A stretch of 64,000 nt of DNA. Origin: Paramecium tetraurelia (lineage: Eukaryota). The DNA lies in assembly GCA_000165425.1 (NCBI GenBank), contig CT867998.1, forward strand, positions 124,001 to 188,000, written 5' to 3'. A program made the translations under genes and the position numbers. A model generated the notes under the pieces. The model did not search any database. It worked only from the letters and a program-made list of their open reading frames with translations, and was not told the origin of the DNA. Positions 1 to 12,688 of this stretch are shown here, one piece after another; the first letter of the stretch is position 1, and each line of letters starts with the position of its first letter.

Positions 1-70
1 CATATAATATAATTGTAAAAATTTAATAACAAATGAATTTAATATGTTAATAATTATTTTAAATATAAGT

Positions 71-367
71 ATGAGTAATTTTTTTGGAAATCTTATAGAT
101 AATCTGCTAGACAAAAAAGAACATAAATTGGAGAATTTTAGTGACTTTATTATGAAAGAAATAAGTGATATCGAAAAACATTTGATTAGTGATGTAGATT
201 AGCTCATTAGATTGGATAAATATATATTAATCATTTTATTGTTCTTAGGAATTTTAAATCTGATTATTTTCGGATTACTTATTAGATTGTTTATTAGATA
301 TAACAAGAATACTGAATAGAATACACAAATACAATATTCAAGAATTCAGTATGATGGAAGTATATGA
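71..367 (+). CDS. Small (98 aa) single-pass membrane protein, unknown function
   Basis: Intronless ORF in code 6: MSNFFGNLIDNLLDKK...DKYILIILLFLGILNLIIFGLLIRLFIRYNK...DGSI*. It has one clear hydrophobic segment. Confidence 0.6.
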
Positions 368-463
368 TTTTATGGTTATATAAATTTTTAATTATAAATA
401 CTTAGTGGATTAAAACAAATTGAAGCTTAATATTAGTAGAGAGTGATTAAATTCTGATATATA

Positions 464-820
464 ATTCTATTAGCTATAGCATAATAAATGATCTTAATTA
501 ATTACAGCCATTAAATTAACAAAACATATTAATCATAAGTCTCATATTTCTAAAGAATATTTAATGATAACATTATTAGTTAGGAATATTTTGATAAGGA
601 TGCTATATTGAAAGGAGATTTTAGGATAAATCAGAATTAACTATTCACGATATTTCTTTTTAAGCCTAGATCTATTCAGTGCCAAAAATCATCATCATCT
701 CTCGTGGTTTCTCATTGCTGAGATTCTNNNNNNNNNNNNNNNNNNNNNNNNNNNNNTATGTTTTGTTAATTTAATGGCTGTTTTTTATTAAGATCATTTA
801 TTATGCTATACTAATAGAAT
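464..820. repeat. ~64-bp imperfect inverted repeat (464-528 vs 757-820); the second arm abuts the N-gap 728-756
   Basis: 757-820 tatgttttgttaatttaatggctg...ttaagatcatttattatgctata-ctaatagaat is the reverse complement of 464-528, with a few mismatches and a 1-nt indel. Confidence 0.8.
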
Positions 821-1489
821 GCTTGTTCTGTTCAAAAAAAACAAAAACTAACGAAAAAGGGTAGAAATTATTTGGCATAGAAACCTTTAACATAAAATAG
901 AAACCATGAAGGAACATTATTTTAGTTATTTGATAACGAAAAATTTTAATTGAGTTTTTATGAATAATGAAATGATAGTTAATAATATTATAAAAGTTCA
1001 AATTTCATTGGTAATTCTGAAAGGATATTTTGAAGATTAACAATTAAATTTTTGTTAAGGTGAGATTAAACATATAAGGTAGTTGAGATCTTCATTAAAA
1101 TCAAAATTCTAATTTATTTTCAAGTATTAAGTAGAGAAATATTTTATATATAAGAATAGTATTATGAGAAAGTTTCAGAAATTTTATGATTCTATTATTT
1201 AGAATAATAGTGTATTCTATTATTTATTTATTGAAATAACTATCTATAATTCTAATTTTAATATAAGGACGACTAAGTTGAGCTAAGTACAAAATATTTC
1301 TCCACATTAATTTTGCTCTGATTAATCATAGATTTTTTGAAATTCATTTTTTAATTAATTAATTTAATTTTTAACTTAAGATAAGTTTATTTTCTTAATC
1401 TAAAGAAACTCAAGTTATTAATATTTATTCTCCAAAAAATAGAATAAAAAAATAAAAGAGCAAATAATTAATTCTATTCTAATAAAATA

Positions 1490-4400
1490 ATGAATGAATC
1501 ATTTCATTACTTAGAAAGCATAAAACTTTAAGAGCTGCTTTATGAATCCTTCAAGTAGATATACATAAATTTATATATCAATATTATTTATTTTTTTAAT
1601 TAATTTATGAATCCTCCAATATTTAGTTGCACCTATATGGCTCATAATTAGCATCCAATTATAAAATTCTGCTTAAATGAGAATTGCAAAGAAAAGAAGG
1701 ACAAACTTTGTTAAATTTGTTGGAACGAATTCCATAAGGATCATCAATTAGATTGTTTTCCAATTACAATATTATATTCTATATTATAGATTCATCTATA
1801 AAAGCTTGAAAAACTTTTTTAGTAACACTAGTCTTTATCAACTAAAGATTAATGTGATTCCTTTTCTTAAGAATTAATTGACTATTAAGATAAATTTAAG
1901 AAGCTAATTAAAAACTAATTCGATGAAATTAATATATACTAAGATAATTAGATTTTAATTAGATTTGCAAGGCAATGTTATAATAATCAAATCTCAAAAT
2001 TGTTAATAGCCTTTTTATTGAATCAAAAAATAGGAGAAAATTCAAAAAGTACGATCATTTAGATTATTCAACAAGTTTATGCATCTGATGACTCTTAATA
2101 CTTATTATTTATTCTTACTTCATAAAGTATTCAATAAATTTATCAAATATCTAGTTGAAGACTTGCTTTAATTATGCAAATACAATTTGGCACTTTAAAA
2201 AGTAAACTTTGCCCTTAAATTTCAGCTAGATTATTTTCTCTTAGCGAAAAAATGTAATGTATACTATAATTTAGATTCAATATTAATTATTATGGGTAAA
2301 AATCAAGAAGCAAACTAATTAATATATCAAGATGATTATAATAATGATACAATTTTTTAAGGTCAGGTGATGGAATTTGTTAATTACCATTACTGTATTG
2401 ATTCATTTATTTCTATTAGACAAACGAAAGCATTAAAATGATGATAGATTTAATATGCAATTGTTTCAAAGTTTTTCTCTTTTAGATTAAGGTAAAATAG
2501 ATGAAGCGAATAACATTATCAAAGCAGAATTACATAAAAAGCCAGAAAGCTTAGATATAATTATGTTTTATGGTAATCAATATTTCTTAAGAGAGTTAAA
2601 TTTTTGGTTTTGTATCAAAATAAAATTGAAGAGGCAATTCAATTTTGTTAGTTAGGAATGGAGAAATACCCTAATTGTTAGGCTTACAGTGATGCAAAAT
2701 GTAAATATTAATTAATATCAAGTTCTATGTATGCTAATGTAAGATCCAAAATAATTTTATAGTAATAATTTACAAAATATAAACGATGAAACAAAAATTT
2801 CTTATGGTAATGTATAAGAAAATAATAATAGCCATAGTATTGATTCAATCTGGTGAATTTTAGAAAGCCCTTGAGTGCTTAAACTCAATCTAAAAACATT
2901 CAAAAAAATATTCCGAGGCTTAAAGTTATATATGTAATTGTTAATTTTACAAAGTTCTTGCATAAAAATTATTTTCAAAAAATAAAGAACGTTTTTCTTT
3001 TTAATCAATTGATTAATCCAGATAATTAAGCTCACCATTAATTTAATTTATTTAAGAGTGTAAAAAAATTATTCTATAAAAGTGAAACAATTGTATTTAG
3101 AAAAAAAAATAGAGAGTGCTCTAGATCTTGTTGAGAAAAAGTTATATAAACTTCCTAATAGTTTATTTCTCAATTTGATTAAATGTTAAAATATATATTT
3201 AATTTATAGCGATTTGTTTAATTGCGTAAAAAAATTATGGGATGGCTGAATAATATTTAATTTAAGCAAGATAATAATATCCAAATGAACCTATAATTGA
3301 AATTTGTTACGGTATCTTAAAGGATAATTTAATTAGCATACAATTTAGTAGGTTTGCAAAAATATCAATAAGCTTTAGGAATAATGAGTAATCAAGTGTC
3401 TCAACAAGGAAAATCAGATTTTCTTGAATTAAAAGGTTAGATAAATATATATCATAAAGGATAAATTTACTTTCACCTTGGATAGATAGATGCTTCGCTT
3501 AATTGTTTTAAGTAATTACAATCGAATCAAATTAAAAAATCTAAAATAGACATATACTTGGGTTAATTATTTGAATCATTCATTAGGTTTGATCCATTAG
3601 GTATAAAAATAATATAACATTGCAATCAATTACTATGATGAGGCACTTAAAGTTGAAACTGGCAAGCAATAACTACTGTACAATAAAGGTAATGAAATAA
3701 TCGCATATTTTAGCACTTGCTATTTTAGAATAGAACATAAACTCAAAAGTCTAGCCTAATGATGTATCTTATGAGAAAGCCAAAAGTATCTTTCAATCCA
3801 TGAATGGATTTTTAGATTCATAATGGCTGCTAGGTGACTATCTATTATAGATTTAGTTATTCTTAATAGTTATTAAAATAATCTTAATGAGGCACATAGG
3901 TTATTGGAAATAATAAAAACAGACACTGCAAGCATAGAGAAAGCAGAAAAGTTAAAAGGTACTTGAAATTAATTTTTTAGCCAAATTATATTATAAATAA
4001 AGATTATTTGGGAGCTCAATTAATATTTATCAAAAATTCAATTTTTCATCCCTAACTATGATTGAAGTCTTATAATTCAGTAAATTAATTAATAAACTTA
4101 GTAATGTCTGCACTTCTCATAACAAATTTTGAATTGGCCGAATCATTGATAAAAAAATCTTAAGAATAATTAAAATCACTCTTTTACTTTTTTAAAGGTA
4201 CAACTTAAATATATTAAGGATTCCTAATGGAATTACAGAGTAAAAATTAAGAATCATTGCAATACTATGAAGAATTTTGTTCTTAAGAATTATCAAAAAA
4301 AGCAATTACTGAATATCCTAATATAGTTTAGGCTGCTAAACTAGCATAAAGTTTATTTTAATTAATTATATTTAGGAAAAATATTAATAAGACTATAATA

Positions 4401-4638
4401 ACAGTAAAAGGCAATTGAATTTGAAAACACCATTAAGTAGGATTATCCAAAACTTCCATTAGATACTAATTATCAAGGTAAAATATTTTATCATAATAGA
4501 CTTATTGATAAAAGAATTTGAACAAATGCGTTATCCAGCAAAACCTAATTTTGAGTTAATTAGAAGATATCAATTTGATGATATTGATGGATTATAGCGA
4601 AAGGTGTGTGCTTATCGATTAATATGACTATTTGAACA
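1490..4638 (+). CDS. Multi-intron TPR-repeat protein with N-terminal Cys/His cluster; 3' end uncertain (runs into assembly gap)
   Basis: The N-terminus reads CTYMAHNQHPIIKFCLNENCKEKKDKLCQICWNEFHKDH. TPR-like segments include GQIYFHLGQIDASLNCF and GIKQYNIAINYYDEALKV. Many ~25-nt GT..AG introns. Confidence 0.6.
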
Positions 4639-4921
4639 NNNNNNNNNNNNNNNNNNNNNNNNNNNNNNNNNNNNNNNNNNNNNNNNNNNNNNNNNNNNNN
4701 NNNNNNNNNNNNNNNNNNNNNNNNNNNNNNNNNNNNNNNNNNNNNNNNNNNNNNNNNNNNNNNNNNNNNNNNNNNNNNNNNNNNNNNNNNNNNNNNNNNN
4801 NNNNNNNNNNNNNNNNNNNNNNNNNNNNNNNNNNNNNNNNNNNNNNNNNNNNNNNNNNNNNNNNNNNNNNNNNNNNNNNNNNNNNNNNNNNNNNNNNNNN
4901 NNNNNNNNNNNNNNNNNNNNN
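4639..4921. other. Assembly gap (283 N)
   Basis: Run of n. Confidence 1.
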
Positions 4922-5495
4922 TTTTTACCCATATATATGCACCATGAATATAATAGTTTTACTATTTAATAATTTTTTATATATTAATATTCAAAGCATC
5001 AAAACAAGAAGAGTTATAATATATAATATATTTACTGTTACTTCTTAAAACATATAAGGGCATAAATATAATTAATAAAAAATAAAAAAAGTCTTAAAGT
5101 ACTAGGTCAATTTTTTTTTAATATTTTATTGAATAATAATTTAGATTTAAAATAAAGTAGATAGAATCTAACAATGCTCTATAAATACAAAGATCATGAA
5201 ATAAATAAATCATTTATATAAAAGGGTTATTATAAAATTTAGTGTTTATTAATAGTTTATTTAATTTATATAAAATGTCTCTATGTAATGTTATTCTAAG
5301 ATGATAATTAAATACTGCGTGCCAACTATTTTGCAGGCACTTAAATTTGTGGAAAAACGGTAATTTATATTAATCGGAATCAATTAAATCTTAATAGAAA
5401 GCCTAACTGAATATTAAAATATATTGATTAATTCTGAAATTTAAAGTTAAATCTGTATATATTATTTCCTAAAAATTCTATTCAAATAAATTTAA

Positions 5496-6426
5496 ATGAC
5501 TATTTTGATATTAATAGAAATTAACACATTATCTCAAAGAAAGTGTTTTTAATCTAAATTTGAAAATAAATAGCTAGAAATCACCAGAATGGGAATTATG
5601 TTTTGAATTAAAGCTGTTTTTATACCAAAATTATAATTGGAGAAATAATTATTAATTTAATAAAATGATTTAAACTGGTTTGAATATTGTACTTGAGGGT
5701 TCGGTCAAGGAAACATTAGAACAACTTAATAAATTCAAAGAAAGACCTTACAACGGGATTTTAATCACAGGAAAACCAGGAACAGGAAAGACATTTTTAT
5801 GCAAATATTTTGCTCAAATAAATGATTGTTGTCATTTGTTTTTCAACTGCGTTAATGAGTTCTCAAATTTGGAAGCATCATAGATGATTGAGTTGATAAA
5901 GCAAGAAAGAAAAAAACTGGTGTTTTTTGACGAATTAGAATATTTTAGTTTTGTGTAACAGGAGAAATATTATAAATTGATGGAAATTATTAAGATATGT
6001 TAGGAATAGGAACATAAATTAATATTTATCACTCAGTCCCCAGAGAAGCTTGACCTGTATCCTAAAAAATTACCTTATGATCGAGCTACTGTGTTATTAT
6101 TACCAGAAAATAAGTTTAGAGAATAATTAATAGCCAATAACTTGCCATCGTTTAAATTCTTAAGTGGGCTTACTGATAGCTATTCAGTGAGTGATCTTAT
6201 TGTTCTAATTAAAGATATCTAGATGGAACCACTAAAAACGATAATCAATTGTGACAGTTTTGAATTGATAGATGAAAAGTATCATCCCACTTAGGATGTA
6301 AAGGATTCAAGTGTGCTATTGAGTTACGATCAGAAACTAAAGTTTTTGTAGGAAGGTAAAATCCAAATAAAGGAATTAGAAGAGAAGGATGTGAGAAGAA
6401 TATTGAATGAGAAAAAAAGAATGTGA
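5496..6426 (+). CDS. Divergent AAA+ ATPase, Vps4/katanin (meiotic clade)-like; start uncertain
   Basis: RPYNGILITGKPGTGKT (Walker A), LVFFDELE (Walker B), and TDSYSVSDLIVLIKDIQMEPLKT resembling Vps4 TEGYSGSDI..VRDALMEPVR. The frame is open to TGA 6424-6426. Confidence 0.75.
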
Positions 6427-8169
6427 GAAATTATAATTAAATTTTTAAATTTATTTAATTTATCAAATTATCAATACTTTCACTACACAAAATGCATCAT
6501 AAATTTGTCGAATTTATAATTAACCGAGATTAATATAACATCCAAAAAATCATCAGAATAAAACTTAATCAAAGCAAAATTGTTCTTAATTTAATTTAAT
6601 GCAAATATTTTTATCAATTTGTATTATTCTAAACTTTTAATGAAGATTCAAAATATCAATGTACCATATGATTGAGTTTATAACCACTATTTTCAAACAA
6701 AAGAGAGGCTGTATATTATATCGTTAAGTTTAATATAAGCAATCAAATAATAAATAAATATTTTATTATTACATTTGATGCCAAGACTATATATCTTTCT
6801 TATTGCATGCTAATGAATCTCGAAGCAGCCTGATAGGATAATTTTTCTTTGACATTGTTTTCCTCTTGGAATTATATTTTAGCAAATATCAATTTCATTT
6901 TACATATAAATACATTTTAATTTAGAATTGAAATTTAATACGGATGGTTAAATATATATGGTATCGGTTTAATATTCCAAAAATGTTTCTGAATAACAAA
7001 GATCCTTATAATTTGGATATTATTTGTTTAATATTTAGTTACTGATGCATACAAAATTTTGTTTGTGTCTCAATAAAATCTGATAAAAGTCACTGTTGTT
7101 ATCTATCAGTAGTCTTTATATAAATCACTATTAATATCTGTATTAATCAAATTGTAATATATATTAACTTCCTATACAAACAGAAACGTTTATTAACACT
7201 ATTAAATATGTGTTAAAAATAAAATTAAGTAACAAAAAGTAGAAAATAAAGAATACCTAATTTAGCCACTCATATTTACAATTTAAAAAATAATTGGAAA
7301 AATTGTAGAATTTTGTTATAAGATAAAAGAATAAGATCTTAATTTATCTGAAATTTTAAAAGAAAATCATTTTCTTTATTTTTGACACTACTTTATTAAT
7401 TTCTCTTTAGAATAATTCATAATAATAACATTTTATTATTTTAAATCTTCTTCTATTTCATTAAATTTAATGATTTCAAAAATAAAAAAATAAATAAAAT
7501 TAAATTTGTTAAAGATAAATGTTTTTTCAGATAAGAACAATAGAAAATTAATCAATAAGATAGTTTGAATTTAAAGAATGTTAATTAACTTCTAAAATGA
7601 GAGCTAAAAACTAGTAAAATGTACAATATGGTATTAAATAATAGATGAGCAATTAACAAATTAGAAGTCTTTAATTTTCGCAATTGCTTCTTTCTTCTTA
7701 ATAAAGACAATTTCCAAAATCAAGTGGTAATTCTGAAGATTAGATATTTATCGTAAAAAAGGGTTCAACACTAACATTGTCTTATTAGATTGATAAAATT
7801 TTTTGACACCTTTGTTTATTGAAAAACCTATGTTGTAGTTCGATAAAGGAGTGCTAAAACTAAATTGCAAACTTTATATCGTATTTAATAAATGTATACA
7901 AAATAATTCACTACATTAAGCATAATTTGGTTTGATTTTATCAATAAATATTTAAATATCCTTATCCACTTTCTTCTAAACAAACTTTAAATAATTTGCA
8001 TCTTAAAGTTTATTTAAAATATTTTATAATTCTTAAATCGTTCACCAGAAGGTTGAGATATATATTCCTAAGGAACATGATGATTAAAGTACTTCACAAT
8101 ATGATAAATTACAAATTATGGAAAATCTCAGTAGAAGAAAGGTTAAAATGATAATATTAATTTAATTAA

Positions 8170-10641
8170 ATGGCATCAAAAAAAATTTTGATTTTGAATA
8201 CTTTCCTGTTCATCTTAATGGATTTGGCTACGATTTCAATCTTGCTTTTTGAATCAGTTTAAGAAGAGATAGGTTAATTATTAACGATTTCATTGATAAT
8301 TGGATATGGGTCATTCGTTATAATGCAACAACTGCTTGTATATACTGAGTGGAAATTGAATATAAAAAGTAAATTAAGTTTGGTTTCATTTTTTGGGAAG
8401 ATCGTAATTGTTTGGATTGGTGGAGTCAAATTAATCACTAATTAATACCTATTGATCTTATTTTAAATTTACATGACTTCAGAAAGTTACAGAGAAAACT
8501 CATTATAATACTTGTTCGTTTTTATGATGGTTCTAAATTTATTCGAATTCAAAAAGTTCATTAATTTTGGATATGATTAACTAATAAACTCAATGCAAAT
8601 TATTATATTGATTGTTCAACATTTTTATTAAGTAAAAAAGTCAGATGATAAATATCATTAATCATATGTACAAGTCTCAACTGGAGGTGGATAAATGTAA
8701 TAAACATTTGCAATGATGCAGGAATCCAGAAGAAGCATGCCAATGATAAATTCAATAAAGTTGGTGGAAGATGAACCGTGGTTAGACCAGTAAGAATATT
8801 ATTCTAATTAGCAAATGGTTATAATATGAGAAGTATCTTGTACTAGGAAGAGATTTAAAGTTGAAGTTCTACAGTTTCGATCTAAATATTTTGGGAAAAT
8901 TTTAAGAGATGACAGAAAACTAGAACGAAATCGTAGATTAGCTGTTAGATTAAGGAGTGAAGTTTATATCAAAATTAGAAAACAGTTAACAATCTCTTTC
9001 CTGTCAAAAAGGAGTGATAACCTTGAGGTAAGTGCTAGAGAATTAGTTGTAAACATAGATTAATTATGAACATTATTATTAAACATTCCAGATGTAGGGT
9101 CAGACTTTAGATGTATCAAAGTACTTGTTGAATGTATTTGGTTTGATTGGTAGACAATAAATGTATTATGTCATGCATTTTTAACTTGTGCCAAAATTAG
9201 CGATCGAGATTAATACTAACATTTTCGATATGTGTAAATCCCTTTCTCATGAACTAGGAACAAGTCTCAATTGCATTCAAAGCCTATCAGAAATAGCCTT
9301 ATAAAAGTCATCGGTTACTCAAGATATAAAAGATAACATCATTTAACCCATTCTTACAAACAGCCAATAATTAAATCTAATTATATCCAATATTAGAGAT
9401 TATAGTTCAATCGAAACTGATCAATTTTAATTGAGTCTTTCTACATTCAACATCTTTGAGGAAATCAAAGCAATTGCTGATTTCTTTTAGATTACTTGTC
9501 AACAAAAAGGAATCCAATTAGTTTTGCCAACTGAATCTTGTATTATTTTATAATTTATTAGTTCCAATTTTTAATGACCGAGATCGATTTCGCTAAGTTA
9601 TTTTTTAACTACTGTCGAATGCTGTTCGTTTCACAATCACTGGCACTATCTAATTATTGATCAAAAAGCAGGATTTTTTCTATGAAATTGTTGTGTCGGA
9701 TACAGGAATAGGAATGGTTAGCAATTCTACATTTACATTAGGTTGGTTAAGAAGAGAATAATCTAAGAAGAATCTTAGAATAACGCTTAATGTTGAGAGT
9801 ATCAGAAAACAGTATCGGTTCAAGTCTAGGCCTATTTATTAGCAATTTGCTTGTCAAAAAAATGAATGCTGATGATGATTGTAAAATTCAATTCACTTCC
9901 AATAAAGCAGGTTCTAGTTTTTACTTCTTTATCAAAAATATGTCTGAATTCAAAAATAACATTGACAAACTACAATCAGTCAAATTTCATAGAACAATAG
10001 TTAGATTCCAAAGCATTAATTCTTATTATGAAAATATTAATGACATACAAATCAAGTTTGGCTAACATACATTTAAGTCAATAACAAATGGATAATCAAA
10101 TCTAGATGATGGCAATGTTACTGTTTATTCAAAAGAATTCGAAGAAAATAAATAAACTATTCAACCCCTTCAATCCCTCATTCCTTAACTTTAAGATACA
10201 ATTCAAGCGTATTCTCTTAAAAGTACATGCTGCTCAAGAGTCCTAATTGTTGATGATGAATACTTTAATATTATGGCTCTATAAATGCTAATGCAATAAT
10301 ACTCTTCCATTTGTGATAAAGCTTATAATGGTATGGAAGCTATTGAACAAATAAATGAAAAGCTAGCCAACCCTTGTCCAAAATGTTAAAATTGCTGTTA
10401 TTAACTAATCTTTCTTGACATTAACATGCCGATTATGGGTGGAATTGAAGCTGTCAAAATTATTAAAAAAATGATGCAAAATAGAATTATTAAAAAAGTT
10501 TATGTTATTGCCAACACTGGCTTTAGTGATTTGGAAACCAAGGAAAAAGCCTATGATGCTGGAATAGATTATTTCATGACCAAACCTTTAAATATGATGA
10601 CTTTTAGGAGTATAGCATCCAAAATATTCCCAAGAGGATGA
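8170..10641 (+). CDS. Membrane-bound hybrid sensor histidine kinase/response regulator
   Basis: Hydrophobic N-terminus; H-box SLSHELGTSLN; N-box RFRQVIFQLLSNAVRFT; G1 VSDTGIGM; G2 GSSLGLFIS; receiver RVLIVDDE...LIFLDINMPIMGGIEA...ANTG...DYFMTKP. 5' exon structure approximate. Confidence 0.9.
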
Positions 10642-11243
10642 ATTAAATTGATATTACTTAAAACTATATATAAATTATTTTCGAATTACCACATGAAATT
10701 TTGAATATCTCTTTCTACATATTAAAGAATTTCGACTTTGTCACAAATTATAATTCTTTACTTTAATTATAAAGCGAAACATATTCCAAAAACGATATAA
10801 AATTATAAGCCAAGATTGATTCCTTTTTTCACCATTAAAAAATATATTTTATGAAGAGAAAAATGAGTTCATATCTTATTAGTTTAATATATTTTAACAA
10901 ATATTAATCAAATACTTTTGCTTGATAATAATGAACCTTCAAATTATAATTATTAATATCAATATTAAAATATGCGATTTGTTTAATGCATATAATTCTG
11001 CAATAGACAAAATTATGAGATTTATCCTAAAAATCTTATTAAATTTTTGGCATTTCTATGACATAAACAAGCATTTCATTAAAAATTATTATATCAATTA
11101 TGGTGTTTCATAGCAATGAAAATGCTATTAGATCGAAGGTTTTTAGAATCATTTAAGTACACATACTTAATAAATTATAATATAATATAATTAATTGGAC
11201 TTGTTTTGATAAATAAAAGGAATTTAAATATATATAGAAAATA

Positions 11244-12170
11244 ATGTTCAAAATAGACGCTCAAGTTAATTTTTATAGTTCTTATTCATTTAATGGTTTT
11301 TTAGAAGAGTCATTCAAATTTTATTATTCTCGCTTTTTGCTATTGATTATTTAAAAACTGTTACTTAAAAGCTCTGATTGCTGCCAAGATAATGACACCA
11401 ATTATTATGGCAACTAGACCATAAAGGTGAGTATTAGAACTTGAATCAATCGAGAAGTTCTCTACAAACAATTAACCTTTGATTGATCCGCTTACTGCTT
11501 ATGTGGGACTGCCTTCAGGTAAAGATTTTGAGTATTTTTAAAGTAAACTTATTTATTCAGATGAAATTGGGAGTGGATCTGGCAGTAAATAAACAATTTG
11601 ATCGCAATTCTCATATTCAAGATAATAGGCCATATTTTCCAATTATTTTGCTAAATCCATCAATCGCATTTAAAAATTGTTTTGGATTTAAAAGACTGGG
11701 TTTTCTTTTAATTCATTATCTAATTCTACTGAAATTGCAAACACTGCTTTTGAAGGAGTAGATGTAGCATTTATTTCTTTCATATTTAGTTGAATTTCAC
11801 ATTTTATTTACTAATTATTAGATAACTAATGAATAGCTGGACAATATATTTCAAAATTGGATGGTCCAAATGTTAAACCTCCAGGTACTTATTTAATTTA
11901 GATTTTGGACTTATCTTTGACTTCATAATCATCTCCAAATCCGATTACATATTCGCCTTCTAATTTAACTGAGATTCTCTTGACTGCCTAATTGAAAATA
12001 TAGGATATTATTAATACATAAACCCATTCTTCTTAATTTGGATAAGTTAAGTATGAATTTTGAATGCAATCTGCGAAGACTTGCTAAAGAGCTAACAAGA
12101 ATGTTAAGAGCATTATTTAATGAAAAATCAAGGAGATTTATATAAAATTATTGAATAAAAATAATGAGTG
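11244..12170 (+). pseudogene. Possible decayed or unresolved gene
   Basis: ATG in AT-rich context, coding-like patches (IDPLTAYVGLPS; ILDLSLTSQSSPNPITYSPSNLTEILL) and intron-like GT..AG stretches. I could not build a stop-free model. Confidence 0.3.
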
Positions 12171-12688
12171 AGAATATTACTCGATATTAACATTAAGCCA
12201 ATAATAATAAATTTAGAGTTGTAATAAAGTAGATGATATTTAGATAATGATTTCAGATAACAAGGCATAAATTTGTACATGAATAATTAATTGGTATATT
12301 TGATTTTTAAGAAATTAATCAGAATTTCTTTTTGTGAATTCCCATTTAAATATTTTGAATATGTTGCTCGTTATTTAATTAATTTTGGTATTCAGCTTGG
12401 GGAGTGGAAATTAATTAACAAAATAAAGGAAATTAAATGGAGACATAAATTAATTAAGATGGAGAGAGAGTCAGACAAATGGATTTGGATTGTAGATGGT
12501 GTATTTGACTGTTAATTATTTGTAATTAAATAAATAATATATATAAATTAGTAATTAAAAAGATAGATAAAAATGAAAGAAATAAGTGTATTATGTAAAA
12601 TGTTTGTATGTTGAGGATTATTGAGGAAATAAAAATATTAAAGGACTTAAAAATTCCATAAAAATCTTGAATTTAATAAAATAAAAAA

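Noticed and set aside
4612..5048. Two ORFs composed mostly of X
   Set aside because: Artefacts of the 283-N gap.
8170..10641. Histidine kinase (and MetRS at 50516-51897) as bacterial contamination or recent HGT
   Set aside because: Both use TAA/TAG as Gln, contain tiny spliceosomal introns and match host base composition.
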